Position numbers and translations under genes: made by a program. From IMG/VR virus record IMGVR_UViG_3300025072_000003: a stretch of 64,000 bases of DNA. One strand, given 5' to 3'. Origin of the DNA: an uncultured virus (IMG/VR IMGVR_UViG_3300025072_000003) (Duplodnaviria > Heunggongvirae > Uroviricota > Caudoviricetes). Numbering within the stretch: the first letter of the stretch is position 1; each line of letters begins with the position of its first letter. Shown piece after piece: positions 19,632 through 28,545 of the stretch. Under the pieces are notes generated by a model. It was not told where the DNA came from. It ran no database searches and saw only the letters and a program-made list of their open reading frames with translations.

Positions 19632-20479
19632 TTTCTCCCAAACAATCCCCTTCTTTTGTACGTTGTCACTGGTTGTGGAGCAGGCTTCTTTGGTTCATCC
19701 TTCACAACTACTTGATCTTCTTTCGGCTGACTCAACAAAAGGCTGGCATCTTCCTTAATTTCCTTTCCATCACTGCTTTTTTCCACGTCTATATCTTTAT
19801 AAATTGGAAGGCTGTTAAGAAATTCCATATCACTTGGTGTCAAAGTCAGATGTCTTGGAGATCCAGTCATTCCCCATCTACGAGAAATCAACACAATATC
19901 GCTTCTGCTGTGTCCGTACCTGTACACCGAAGCGTTTTCATTTGTGATTAGTCCAAGAACTTGTATTTTATCTCTATTCTTGGCATAGTTGAACTTAATT
20001 TTTACTATTTCTTTTTTCAGAGCCTCGATCTCATTTTTTAATTCTTTAACACTTTCATCTTCCTTTGGAGGCTCATTGGGAGTTTCTTTGGGGGTTTCTT
20101 TTGGCGATGAGAACACAGGCTTTCGCACAACTTCTTTCCCAGCTTCCATCTTTTTATATGCCACAAAAGCTATAGTGCCACCAAACAAAATCACCATAAC
20201 AGCCAATAGAACAGGTATTGGTCCACCGTATTGATTCTGCCTTTGAGGTTGAGGCATATTAGGGTACAAATCTTCGATAGTTGGAACCTTTTTTGGCTCA
20301 ACAACCTCTTCCTCAACCTCAGCATTATCACGCCTACGGCGCTCCACAGTCTCTCTATTGCGTCTTTCCGCCTCAGACTCCACCTTTTCTATAGTAGGCA
20401 TCTCTTGAGCCTCTGGGGGCGTTTTAAATTCTTCTTTCATAACATCTTCCCAATCAAAGGGTTTTTTATTATCATCCAT
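19628..20479 (-). CDS. membrane-anchored coiled-coil protein
   Basis: central TM, coiled coil. Confidence 0.65.
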   Translation of the reverse strand: MDDNKKPFDWEDVMKEEFKTPPEAQEMPTIEKVESEAERRNRETVERRRRDNAEVEEEVVEPKKVPTIEDLYPNMPQPQRQNQYGGPIPVLLAVMVILFGGTIAFVAYKKMEAGKEVVRKPVFSSPKETPKETPNEPPKEDESVKELKNEIEALKKEIVKIKFNYAKNRDKIQVLGLITNENASVYRYGHSRSDIVLISRRWGMTGSPRHLTLTPSDMEFLNSLPIYKDIDVEKSSDGKEIKEDASLLLSQPKEDQVVVKDEPKKPAPQPVTTYKRRGLFGRN

Positions 20480-21389
20480 CTTCTTTATCTCCGACTAAAT
20501 TTTCATATAACACAAAATATGAGTCTCCAAACACGACTTTCACATTGCCGCCTTCTCTACTCAAAATTTTCAGTTCTTTTCCTGACTTAATACATGCCAT
20601 CCACTCTTCCCCATCTCCTGGGTGGTCAAACACAGATCTTCCATGATATGATCCGTCTGGCTTCACAAAGACGTTTATGTCTGAAGAGGCATGATCTTTA
20701 GTTAGTTCAATTCCCCTAATTTCAAAATCCGTATACGAATCTTTTATTGAGCGTATTCCACCACTAAATGTCTTTTTTGGAAGCTTATCTTTATTTTCAT
20801 TGTAATATTCACGCAACTTCTTTATTGCATCCAACGGAAGATGTTGGTCGCCTTTTAAGTTATTGCAAATAGAACACATAGTTTGATAATTGCTGTGTCT
20901 ATCTTTTCCACCACTTGCCTTAGTGTGAATGTGATCTTTGGTCATCAACACCAAAGATTCATCCTCTACACCATACAAATTAAAATGTGGAGTATCTTGA
21001 TGTGGATAGCGTTCCAAGATCATTCGTGTACCTTTCAATCCACAAGACACACATGACATATTGTTCTTGAAAACAAAGTACCTATGAGAATTAAGTCTCA
21101 CCTGATGGATTTCTCCATCAATTAGGAAATCTTGTCTTTCATCTTTTCTGCTAATCTTCTCAAGTATCTCGCTTGGATCAAATTCAGCAATCCTAATGAG
21201 TCTGGACTTCTTTTTCTTTATCTTATCAACTCTAACCGCAGAATTCACGCCTGGAGTGTTTTTAAAGAAAGTGTCAAACTCTTCTCTTGCTATTTCGATT
21301 GCCTCTTCTTGATCTATGTCATCTGGCAGATCTATTTCCCAAGTGAGTATGCCAATTGCTTTATATGTCTTGTGGTCACTGTCTTCCAT
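20472..21389 (-). CDS. HNH endonuclease
   Basis: CVSCG, TKDHIHTKASGGKD..SNYQTMCSICNNLK. Confidence 0.8.
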   Translation of the reverse strand: MEDSDHKTYKAIGILTWEIDLPDDIDQEEAIEIAREEFDTFFKNTPGVNSAVRVDKIKKKKSRLIRIAEFDPSEILEKISRKDERQDFLIDGEIHQVRLNSHRYFVFKNNMSCVSCGLKGTRMILERYPHQDTPHFNLYGVEDESLVLMTKDHIHTKASGGKDRHSNYQTMCSICNNLKGDQHLPLDAIKKLREYYNENKDKLPKKTFSGGIRSIKDSYTDFEIRGIELTKDHASSDINVFVKPDGSYHGRSVFDHPGDGEEWMACIKSGKELKILSREGGNVKVVFGDSYFVLYENLVGDKEDG

Positions 21390-21451
21390 GCCTGATCAAT
21401 CTTGTGAAATGCTCAATGATTACAGCATTCTATATTAAAATTTGATCAGTG

Positions 21452-22060
21452 TCAATATTCTTTGAGAAAATGCTTACAAATCTGTTTCCCACGACGATCT
21501 ATCTTCTTCCACTTGCTTTTAAAATTTATGGATTCAATTCCACCAAACATAATCGCATTGGAGTGAAGTTCAGAGATAGAAGCCAGCACAAGTGTAAACG
21601 CATCCTTTTTGGTCCACACATTTTCACAATAATACCCAACTTCATCGGCGCTGGCTGTGTGAATCAACATATCCCAGCCAATTAAATTTGCAACCTTTAT
21701 CTTATCACATCTATCAGATATAGCAAGATATGTCTTTTTTGACACATTGGCGTGATCTGGAAAGTGGGATCTACCATCTTCATCCACAACATGACAAAAA
21801 GGCTTTCCACAATCGTGAAATATTAAGTATTCATTAACTAAGTCTTTTGAATGAGAATCATTAATCAATTGTTTGCCATATTCTTTAAGCCATTTTGGAA
21901 TGCGCCATTCACAATGAGAATGACCCTCTTCTATTAGCTGCACAAGATCCTTGTAATAACTTGCAACTGATTGACCATGCAAATACACAGATTGGTTCTT
22001 AGTCTGCTTACATCTAAGCATCTCTCTGATAACTTCATCTTTGTTCTAGGTAAATCCCAT
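21452..22060 (-). CDS. HD-domain phosphohydrolase with in-frame TAG at codon 5 (22046-22048)
   Basis: H...FHDCGKP...HFPDH...DMLIH motifs; ATG 22060 overlaps the upstream TAA; reads ATG GGA TTT ACC TAG AAC in frame with ORF 21452-22021. Confidence 0.7.
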
Positions 22061-22431
22061 TATCTCTCTCCATATTTTTCTTTAAGTTCTTCATTTAATT
22101 CTTTGACTTTCACGCGAGTCTTTTCCACATAACTTTCATATTTGTTTCTGGAGTAATCATCATCATACTCCACAGGCAAATCTTCGTTGTTGTAAATTGC
22201 TGATTCAATACTAAGTGGCCTTATTATAATTTTGCGACCCTTTGACACAACTTTTGCACCCACAATGTTATAATACTTACAATCTTCATCACGAATCAAA
22301 ACCTCTGCACAACCGTCCCAGTAGGCTTCTTCACAAGCCACAAAATGTATGTCTTGATTGCCGATCACACATTCTTCTTCGCCAGATGGATCTGCCTCTT
22401 GAAGTCGTCGTATTAGTTCTTTAGTCTTCAA
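22060..22431 (-). CDS. hypothetical protein
   Basis: MKTKELIRRLQEADPSG, a common phage-type N-terminus. Confidence 0.65.
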   Translation of the reverse strand: MKTKELIRRLQEADPSGEEECVIGNQDIHFVACEEAYWDGCAEVLIRDEDCKYYNIVGAKVVSKGRKIIIRPLSIESAIYNNEDLPVEYDDDYSRNKYESYVEKTRVKVKELNEELKEKYGER

Positions 22432-22699
22432 ATGTTTCTCCTCTCGCTACAATCCCAAACACAGTCTGCATCCCTGCGCTCATTAAAGCTTCACGCTCTT
22501 TATCAGTAAGGGCATAAAACCAAGGGTCAAGTTCATCACAAAGCCTGTCCCACTCTTCGCTCTCCTCTTCTGTCCATTCTTCATCCTCTTTCACACTTCT
22601 TAATTTTGCACCATACTCACAAAGTAGGGCGTTATGTTTTAAATAACCGCCCATCCTAACGGAAGGATGCATCTTTTTAATCTCATCATACAATGTCAT
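22421..22699 (-). CDS. hypothetical protein
   Basis: GGAG RBS. Confidence 0.6.
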   Translation of the reverse strand: MTLYDEIKKMHPSVRMGGYLKHNALLCEYGAKLRSVKEDEEWTEEESEEWDRLCDELDPWFYALTDKEREALMSAGMQTVFGIVARGETFED

Positions 22700-22720
22700 C
22701 TTAATTTCTCCAAAAATAGT

Positions 22721-22758
22721 AAAAAAGTGCGATCCTGGGATTCGAACTTAGGACCGCA
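22721..22758 (-). terminator. terminator-like hairpin with tRNA T-loop-like loop
   Basis: TGCGGTCCT-AAGTTCGAATCCC-AGGATCGCA then TTTTTT. Confidence 0.6.
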
Positions 22759-22762
22759 TAAA

Positions 22763-23101
22763 TCAACATCCTTTCAATAATTGATACTTTTTAAAATATC
22801 TGCGCACAGAATTAGCCGCCACAGGTTCGGTGGCTAACGAAGTTAGCTCATCGCCTATGTCGGGTTCGGTGAATTCACAGAATTTGATACCAACGGTTTT
22901 TAAATACGAGCACACATTTTTAAGTGCTTTTTCCGTCTTTATACCGAAGACAATTACAGAAGGGTGTTCTTCTTCAACACCGCCAAGAAAGGCTTTGCAT
23001 GCCTCTATGGAAGCATGACAGGACTGTACGACCTGTTGAGGCACGCTTAGATCGCGCCTGATGAAAACGTAAACATAACTGTGGTTCTACGTGTGTGGCA
23101 T
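22763..23101 (-). CDS. peptidyl-tRNA hydrolase 2 (Pth2)-like protein with in-frame TAG at codon 5 (23087-23089)
   Basis: AGAGG RBS, ATG CCA CAC ACG TAG AAC then YVYVFIRRDLS-PQQVVQSCHA...FTEPDIGDELTSLATEP; Pth2-like motifs. Confidence 0.75.
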
Positions 23102-23137
23102 TTTTCTTTTCCTCTTAGTTAAAAAGTCTTACACTAT

Positions 23138-23166
23138 ATTGTAGTTTGAAAATGCAAGATTGTCAA
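23138..23166 (-). promoter_or_regulatory. promoter TTGACA-N17-TACAAT for the Pth2-like gene
   Basis: near-consensus, 37 bp upstream of ATG 23101. Confidence 0.75.
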
Positions 23167-23336
23167 AACATAAATCCAAATATTTTCAGGAACACAAGCA
23201 AACCAGTCAATGCCCCAATCAGGGAAAATAAGGTTCTTGCTAATTCCATCTTGTGATTGTGTTCGTCCAACCACCTTTCAAACCTTCCTCTTTTGTTGTT
23301 ATTCATATGCCTATTTTAACACACAAATAAGTAAAA

Positions 23337-23579
23337 TCAAGTGAAATATTCATAAAGTTGGAGATTGTCTGGATCTCTCTTCAATTCCGAACCTGTTTCG
23401 CCATTATAGACCTGAATCCAATGATCGTACAGCGATTCTCCATTTTCACTAACTTCGGCTAATTTTTGAATAGCCAAAGTTCGATCTGTCGTTACACAAT
23501 CTGGCCAGTTGTCGTCTCGTGATGCTGAGTCTGTTCTGACTACGTAAATTTTCATATCTTTACTGCAAAAATATAACAA
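23337..23579 (-). CDS. hypothetical protein (start probably MKIYVV)
   Basis: ORF in operon. Confidence 0.5.
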   Translation of the reverse strand: MLYFCSKDMKIYVVRTDSASRDDNWPDCVTTDRTLAIQKLAEVSENGESLYDHWIQVYNGETGSELKRDPDNLQLYEYFT

Positions 23580-23645
23580 TGCACATCATAGCCCAAAGAA
23601 CGAATGCAATGATTGCGATACAATCTCCTCGTGGACCACAAAGTC

Positions 23646-23909
23646 TCATTTTAATTCTTCCCACTCGCCCTGAATTTCTATCATCCGATCCAAACACCTT
23701 CTCGCATCAACAGTTTGACCCCTTTTTCTAAACAGGTCAAACGTTGATGAGAGATTTGATATTTGTTCATTCCTCTCTCCATTCCTGTCGCAAATTTTCC
23801 TCATTCGTTCAAGATTCTTTTTAGAGGCTGACAAATCTGACGTAATTTTGCGGTCAAATGCAATTAGTAAAACGGAAATAATCACAATGCCAAAACAAAA
23901 ATACAGCAT
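23646..23909 (-). CDS. membrane-anchored hypothetical protein
   Basis: N-terminal TM. Confidence 0.55.
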   Translation of the reverse strand: MLYFCFGIVIISVLLIAFDRKITSDLSASKKNLERMRKICDRNGERNEQISNLSSTFDLFRKRGQTVDARRCLDRMIEIQGEWEELK

Positions 23910-23916
23910 GATTCAC

Positions 23917-24420
23917 CTATGCATTTGGAATGTCGTTTAACTTTTGGTTCACGAAGTTTGAAAACACAACTCCAGTTCCAATCATGTGGGTGGAAAAATG
24001 ACCAAGCGTTTCATCTTCGGCTGCATCAATCCACTTCTTGATCTCTTCTCGCAAATCCTCTGAAGTCTGAGCGGACCTCTCGGCTTCCAATGCAAGTCTA
24101 GCAATGTTTTGTACTCTTTCATCAGATTGATCAGCCGCCTCTTGAAGCTTGATCTTTTTGTCTGGGTCGATGTCGTTTCCAACCTCGCCAAGCTTTTCTT
24201 TTAGCTCATGCACAAATTTGTAACCTGTGCCGATCATGTGAAGAGAGAAGTGAATCAAAGAATCTGCTTTGATAGCATCAACCCATTTCTTAATTTCATC
24301 ACGAAGGGCGTCACCAGCCTTGTGATCAACTTCTGCCTCCAAAGTCAAGGAAACCAATCTCTCAATTGTTCCTTTTGTGTTTTCTTGGACTTCAGCAAGC
24401 TTGTCAGTGGTTGCACTCAT
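23917..24420 (-). CDS. protein made of two internal repeats
   Basis: LEAE...LR.EIKKW.DA...L.HFS.HMIGTG occurs twice. Confidence 0.65.
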   Translation of the reverse strand: MSATTDKLAEVQENTKGTIERLVSLTLEAEVDHKAGDALRDEIKKWVDAIKADSLIHFSLHMIGTGYKFVHELKEKLGEVGNDIDPDKKIKLQEAADQSDERVQNIARLALEAERSAQTSEDLREEIKKWIDAAEDETLGHFSTHMIGTGVVFSNFVNQKLNDIPNA

Positions 24421-24590
24421 TTTATGCCTTTTGGTGTTGAGTGTGTTAGCTCTTGTCGAGCAATTTCAGTACGTTCTTCAAAAACAAAATAACGATTAGG
24501 ATGTTCCATGCTGTATCTCTTCTCATCATACTTTCTTGTCGCACATCCTGTCAATGTCAACAAAGCAACTAAAACGAAAAGTTTATACAT
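24417..24590 (-). CDS. small lipoprotein
   Basis: MYKLFVLVALLTLTGC lipobox; start moved downstream of the tRNA. Confidence 0.55.
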   Translation of the reverse strand: MYKLFVLVALLTLTGCATRKYDEKRYSMEHPNRYFVFEERTEIARQELTHSTPKGIK

Positions 24591-24611
24591 TGTTTCTATC
24601 CTTAAATTTAG

Positions 24612-24683
24612 CGGGCCTAGTGGGAATCGAACCCACATTGGACGTTTTAGAAACGCCTACTTTGCCAATTAAGTTATAAGCCC
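24612..24683 (-). tRNA. tRNA with CUA anticodon (amber suppressor)
   Basis: acceptor GGGCTTA/TAGGCCC, D arm ACTT/AAGT with GG loop, anticodon stem GGCGT/ACGTC with loop TT-CTA-AA, T arm GTGGG-TTCGATT-CCCAC, discriminator G, CCA not encoded. Confidence 0.9.
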
Positions 24684-24695
24684 TGGTTTCCCGCC

Positions 24696-25160
24696 TTAAA
24701 CAGCTTTTGAATTTTTTCCCATCCAGCCACAATCTTCTTCTGAACAGCATGGACAAATTCTTTTTCCATTCTCAATATGCCATACGTCTGGTGGCAATTC
24801 TGGCTTGTCCTCCAAGGAAAACTTCATAGGTTCTCGCTTGGGATCAAAATTTGAATATGCTTTAAGAGTGTCAGCAACATTGAACCCAGTTGTAGATCCG
24901 CCAATTTGATTAATCAACTCAACGCAATCATTTGCAGTTTGCTTAGGGACACCAAAGGCAACAGCCATAATCAAAGGTCTAATATCAAGTTGACCTTGTG
25001 CTGGCGCAACCAATGTACCAAAACACTGCACTGCTCGTCGTCTGTCTAGTTCGTCGCCCTCAAGATCATCCGTCTGCTTGACAGAATTTACATAATCATA
25101 TTGTGGAACAATTCCAACAAGACAACCATTAGGTCTATATGCTAAAATCAAATCAATCAT
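24696..25160 (-). CDS. hypothetical protein
   Basis: start moved to MIDLILAY; C-terminal CPCC..C. Confidence 0.6.
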   Translation of the reverse strand: MIDLILAYRPNGCLVGIVPQYDYVNSVKQTDDLEGDELDRRRAVQCFGTLVAPAQGQLDIRPLIMAVAFGVPKQTANDCVELINQIGGSTTGFNVADTLKAYSNFDPKREPMKFSLEDKPELPPDVWHIENGKRICPCCSEEDCGWMGKNSKAV

Positions 25161-25239
25161 TTTGTTTTCTCTTAAAAAATAGGAAGTGTGTTCTTGAATT
25201 AACAAGAACACACTTTCCTATAAGACCACTAGAACAAAT

Positions 25240-26142
25240 TTATTCTTCTTCGCTAATTCCAAGCAACTCTTCGAAGGAAGAAACAATACGATTTGTCTTT
25301 TCTACCGGAGTAGAACCTACAGCGTATTCTGCTCGACTCAAGTAGTATACAGGATTGAGCAAGCTAAGCATAGCGGACATATCGGAAGATTTTTCCGCAT
25401 ATGTATGAAGACGTTGAAAAACCCCAGGCTCTACTGAAATGTTTGGCTCAACATAGATAGCCAACGCACGTTCTTCGGCAGTTGGAGATTCCTCTTCGTG
25501 ACCCAACAGCCAGCGAAGAATCTTAGTTGCTACGGCTTTTTCCTCAGGGCTGGACTCTTCCCAATCCTTGCCGTTTTTTCTTCCCTTGGAAAGATGCGTA
25601 AAGCTATAAATTCCATTGATCGGCTTGAGAGTTAATTCCTTACTGACAAAATCTCTCGCTCGATCTTCGTCCATTCCCATATTAGTCAAAGAGTCAACAG
25701 CTTCTTCAACAAGATCTTCCTCAGATGGAGCATTGCCCTCATCATCAGCACTCACATTCAATTGTGGGTGAAACTTTTCTGACAGAATAAGCATGCACTT
25801 GCTGTCAATTGATCCATCATCATTTTTGACTTCAACATTTGGGTTGGCTGGCTTTGACTGATTTGTAAACCACAAGTCAACAAAAGATGCCCACACAGCC
25901 TGTTTTGCCTCATTTTTGATTTGCTTAAAAGGAGCATCAACCAACTTGTGTGCAGTTGACAACTCGCAAAACTCCTCAACAAGATCAATTGTTTGTTCTG
26001 GAAGGTTATCCAGAACCAATCGACTTTTTGTTGCTTTCTTCTTTTTTGCCTTTTTTGGTCCAACACTAAGTTGACCCATCAAATCATCAAGTGACTCTTC
26101 AGGCTTAACGGGCTTAACAGTCTTCTTCTTCATCTTAGCCAT
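25240..26142 (-). CDS. hypothetical protein
   Basis: 300 aa ORF downstream of 28-bp element. Confidence 0.7.
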   Translation of the reverse strand: MAKMKKKTVKPVKPEESLDDLMGQLSVGPKKAKKKKATKSRLVLDNLPEQTIDLVEEFCELSTAHKLVDAPFKQIKNEAKQAVWASFVDLWFTNQSKPANPNVEVKNDDGSIDSKCMLILSEKFHPQLNVSADDEGNAPSEEDLVEEAVDSLTNMGMDEDRARDFVSKELTLKPINGIYSFTHLSKGRKNGKDWEESSPEEKAVATKILRWLLGHEEESPTAEERALAIYVEPNISVEPGVFQRLHTYAEKSSDMSAMLSLLNPVYYLSRAEYAVGSTPVEKTNRIVSSFEELLGISEEE

Positions 26143-26238
26143 GATAAAAACTCTCTACAAAAAAGTAATTTAGGAAACTCTGGAAATTCTATTGCCATCG
26201 TGTTTCCTTGACGCTGGCGTGTTGTCGCTATATGGTCA

Positions 26239-26266
26239 GTTGCCTGAGAAAGGCTTGTCTGACAAC
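26239..26266. repeat. 28-bp dispersed element copy 6 (GTTGCCTGAGAAAGGCTTGTCTGACAAC)
   Basis: conserved arms, different centre; shares base with TAG of 26266-26736. Confidence 0.8.
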
Positions 26267-26736
26267 TATTCTAAATCTTTTTTGTCTTTATCCTTGCCAC
26301 CAATTTGACGAGGCTTGGTAGGCTTGGTAGACTTGGTAGAACTATCGTCTTTTGGTGCCTCTGGTGCCTCTGGTGGCGTCTCTTTTGGCGCATCTGCCCC
26401 GTCTTCTGGATCTCCATAAAACAAATCATCTGCAAGGTTATCCATCATTTTCCTCTTCATCAAGATAAACTTCGTATTTAGAAGTGTAGCCTGTTCTTGA
26501 CGCTCAACCTTAGTGTCTTTAGCCTTTTGCTCTCTTCCAAGCATCTCGCTTTTGAATTGAGTCCACGCTTCAAGGAATCCTTCCCCAGCAGTCTCCAAAA
26601 ACTCTTGAGGCGGATCACCAACTTGACGCAAATACCCGATAAAATCAAGAAAAGAATCTTCAGCGGATTCCCATTCCTTAATAGCATCTTGCATAGTGGC
26701 AATGTCTTCTCTGTTCAATTCTGTTGAAAATTCCAT
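26266..26736 (-). CDS. hypothetical protein
   Basis: AAGGA RBS. Confidence 0.65.
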   Translation of the reverse strand: MEFSTELNREDIATMQDAIKEWESAEDSFLDFIGYLRQVGDPPQEFLETAGEGFLEAWTQFKSEMLGREQKAKDTKVERQEQATLLNTKFILMKRKMMDNLADDLFYGDPEDGADAPKETPPEAPEAPKDDSSTKSTKPTKPRQIGGKDKDKKDLE

Positions 26737-26749
26737 GATTCAGTCCTTG

Positions 26750-27736
26750 TTAAATGTTTGAAAGTCTTGTAGCTATGTTACATAATACTTCAGAATCCTG
26801 CACTTTGTCAACAAGATTCTTTGGAATTTCCTCAATTCCATGCAAAGCGCCTACTAATGCGCCACACATTGACCCGTTTGTGTCTGTGTCACCCCCCGAT
26901 TCAATGGCATCGTACACACATTGAAATGTTGGATTTTTCAAAAAGTGCATGTATGTGAATGGCAATGAATTGTAAACATAACACGATCCTCCACCAAATG
27001 CTTCAATTACAGAATTAGGCTTATATTCCTGATAGCGATACAACTCTTTGAATCTTGTTGTTATGTTGTCTTCTCCATGCCTTACAGGAATAAAACCTTC
27101 TGCAAGCACGCTTCTGTTCACAATGGAATCAATAAAATCTTTATGATTAAAACTGTCTGGAGTGTTTCTCAAGCAATACTGGATAGCTACATCGTGCGCC
27201 AAGCCAGCAGAGATTGACATGCTGGTAGGATGTGTCATTTTTGTGAATGTCATCACTTCCGCAACTGTCTTCTTCCAGGGAGTTTTATTTACAAAATGAA
27301 ACGCTGCCAAAGGCGCAATTTTCATTGGCACGCCATTTCCAACACCTCTTGGCTTATTTGGCGATGACAGGCTTGCGCACTTGCTCCAATGCTCTCCCTC
27401 CTTCAACCTCTGAATTGCCTCTACCGTTGTCTTTCCCCATCCATTTGTGTTTTCAGTCATTGCCGTAACATGTTCTTCGGCAATTGCGTCCATATCAAAC
27501 GAATTTGATCTTAGTATTCCTTTAGCCACCGACAACGACAACTGCGTATCATCTGTGTATGTTCCTGGTTCACATCCATCAAACCAAATGTGTCCATCGG
27601 TTGAAACATAGTCTCTAATTCCATCAGGATATTTTTCTGCTATATCTTTTTGAGAGAACGTTTCAACTGGCATTCCAAGAGCATCGCCAACAGCCAGTCC
27701 AAGGAACATTCCTTTAATTTTACTCACTCCATCCAT
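26750..27736 (-). CDS. ADP-ribosylglycohydrolase (DraG/ARH family)
   Basis: GLAVGDALGMPVE, YTDDTQL, GNGVPMK, MTHP, GGDTDTNGSMCGAL. Confidence 0.92.
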   Translation of the reverse strand: MDGVSKIKGMFLGLAVGDALGMPVETFSQKDIAEKYPDGIRDYVSTDGHIWFDGCEPGTYTDDTQLSLSVAKGILRSNSFDMDAIAEEHVTAMTENTNGWGKTTVEAIQRLKEGEHWSKCASLSSPNKPRGVGNGVPMKIAPLAAFHFVNKTPWKKTVAEVMTFTKMTHPTSMSISAGLAHDVAIQYCLRNTPDSFNHKDFIDSIVNRSVLAEGFIPVRHGEDNITTRFKELYRYQEYKPNSVIEAFGGGSCYVYNSLPFTYMHFLKNPTFQCVYDAIESGGDTDTNGSMCGALVGALHGIEEIPKNLVDKVQDSEVLCNIATRLSNI

Positions 27737-28545
27737 GATGGACCCCCTTTATTCCTTTCTGACGTTTTCTTTATCATCTTTTTCTTTTTCTTTTCAGCCT
27801 CAAGCACACTTTCTACAGAATACTTAACAGGCTCGTCTTTAGGAAGGTTGCTCATAACATCAGAAAAAGCTTCTTGAAGAGACTTTTTATCTCTTTCATT
27901 TCTTTCATTTCTTTCCTTAGTTATCTTCTCTATCTCTTTCCTTTTCTTGGACTCTTTCTCATTTCTTCTCCTCCTAGTTTCTTCCGTAAGTCGCTCTATC
28001 TCAGCCTTCTTTTTCAGATACCTATCTTCATCTTCTTTCCTCTTCTTGGCTCTAGCTTTGTCCACCTCAGCTTGTTCTTTTCTTTTATTTGCCAAATACT
28101 CTATGCGTTGTTCAGCCTTTGCAGATTTATTTGACGACTCTAACTCATCTACCTCTCTTCGCAAAGAATCGACCGAAATCTTCCTCTCGCCAGCAACTTT
28201 TTCTATCTCGGCATCTTTCTTCCTTTTAAGAAGTATTTGCCTTTCGGCATTCAACTTAAGTTCTACCTCAGTAGGCGCAACAATGACTTCAAGTTCTGAA
28301 ACCAAAGATTCAACGTCAACTCCAAGTTTTCTTGAAAGCGAAACAATAACGTTCACACATCTAGTTTGAATGTCATGCGGCTCATGATGCTCTTGTTCCG
28401 CATAGCTTCCAGCGACAATGCTGCTTCCATCGACAATTTTATTTTTATTACGAAGTTTGTCAAAAATCGAAGGGTCAACTACATTCGGTCGTCCAGACAC
28501 CTGCCTTGGGGCATTTCTTTTATAGTCATCACTCATATCACTCAC
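27724..28545 (-). CDS. coiled-coil protein
   Basis: long K/E/R-rich helix. Confidence 0.65.
   Translation of the reverse strand: MSDMSDDYKRNAPRQVSGRPNVVDPSIFDKLRNKNKIVDGSSIVAGSYAEQEHHEPHDIQTRCVNVIVSLSRKLGVDVESLVSELEVIVAPTEVELKLNAERQILLKRKKDAEIEKVAGERKISVDSLRREVDELESSNKSAKAEQRIEYLANKRKEQAEVDKARAKKRKEDEDRYLKKKAEIERLTEETRRRRNEKESKKRKEIEKITKERNERNERDKKSLQEAFSDVMSNLPKDEPVKYSVESVLEAEKKKKKMIKKTSERNKGGPSWME

Noticed and set aside
24591..24638. N-terminal extension of ORF 24417-24638
   Set aside because: It overlaps the tRNA; the lipoprotein signal begins at ATG 24590.
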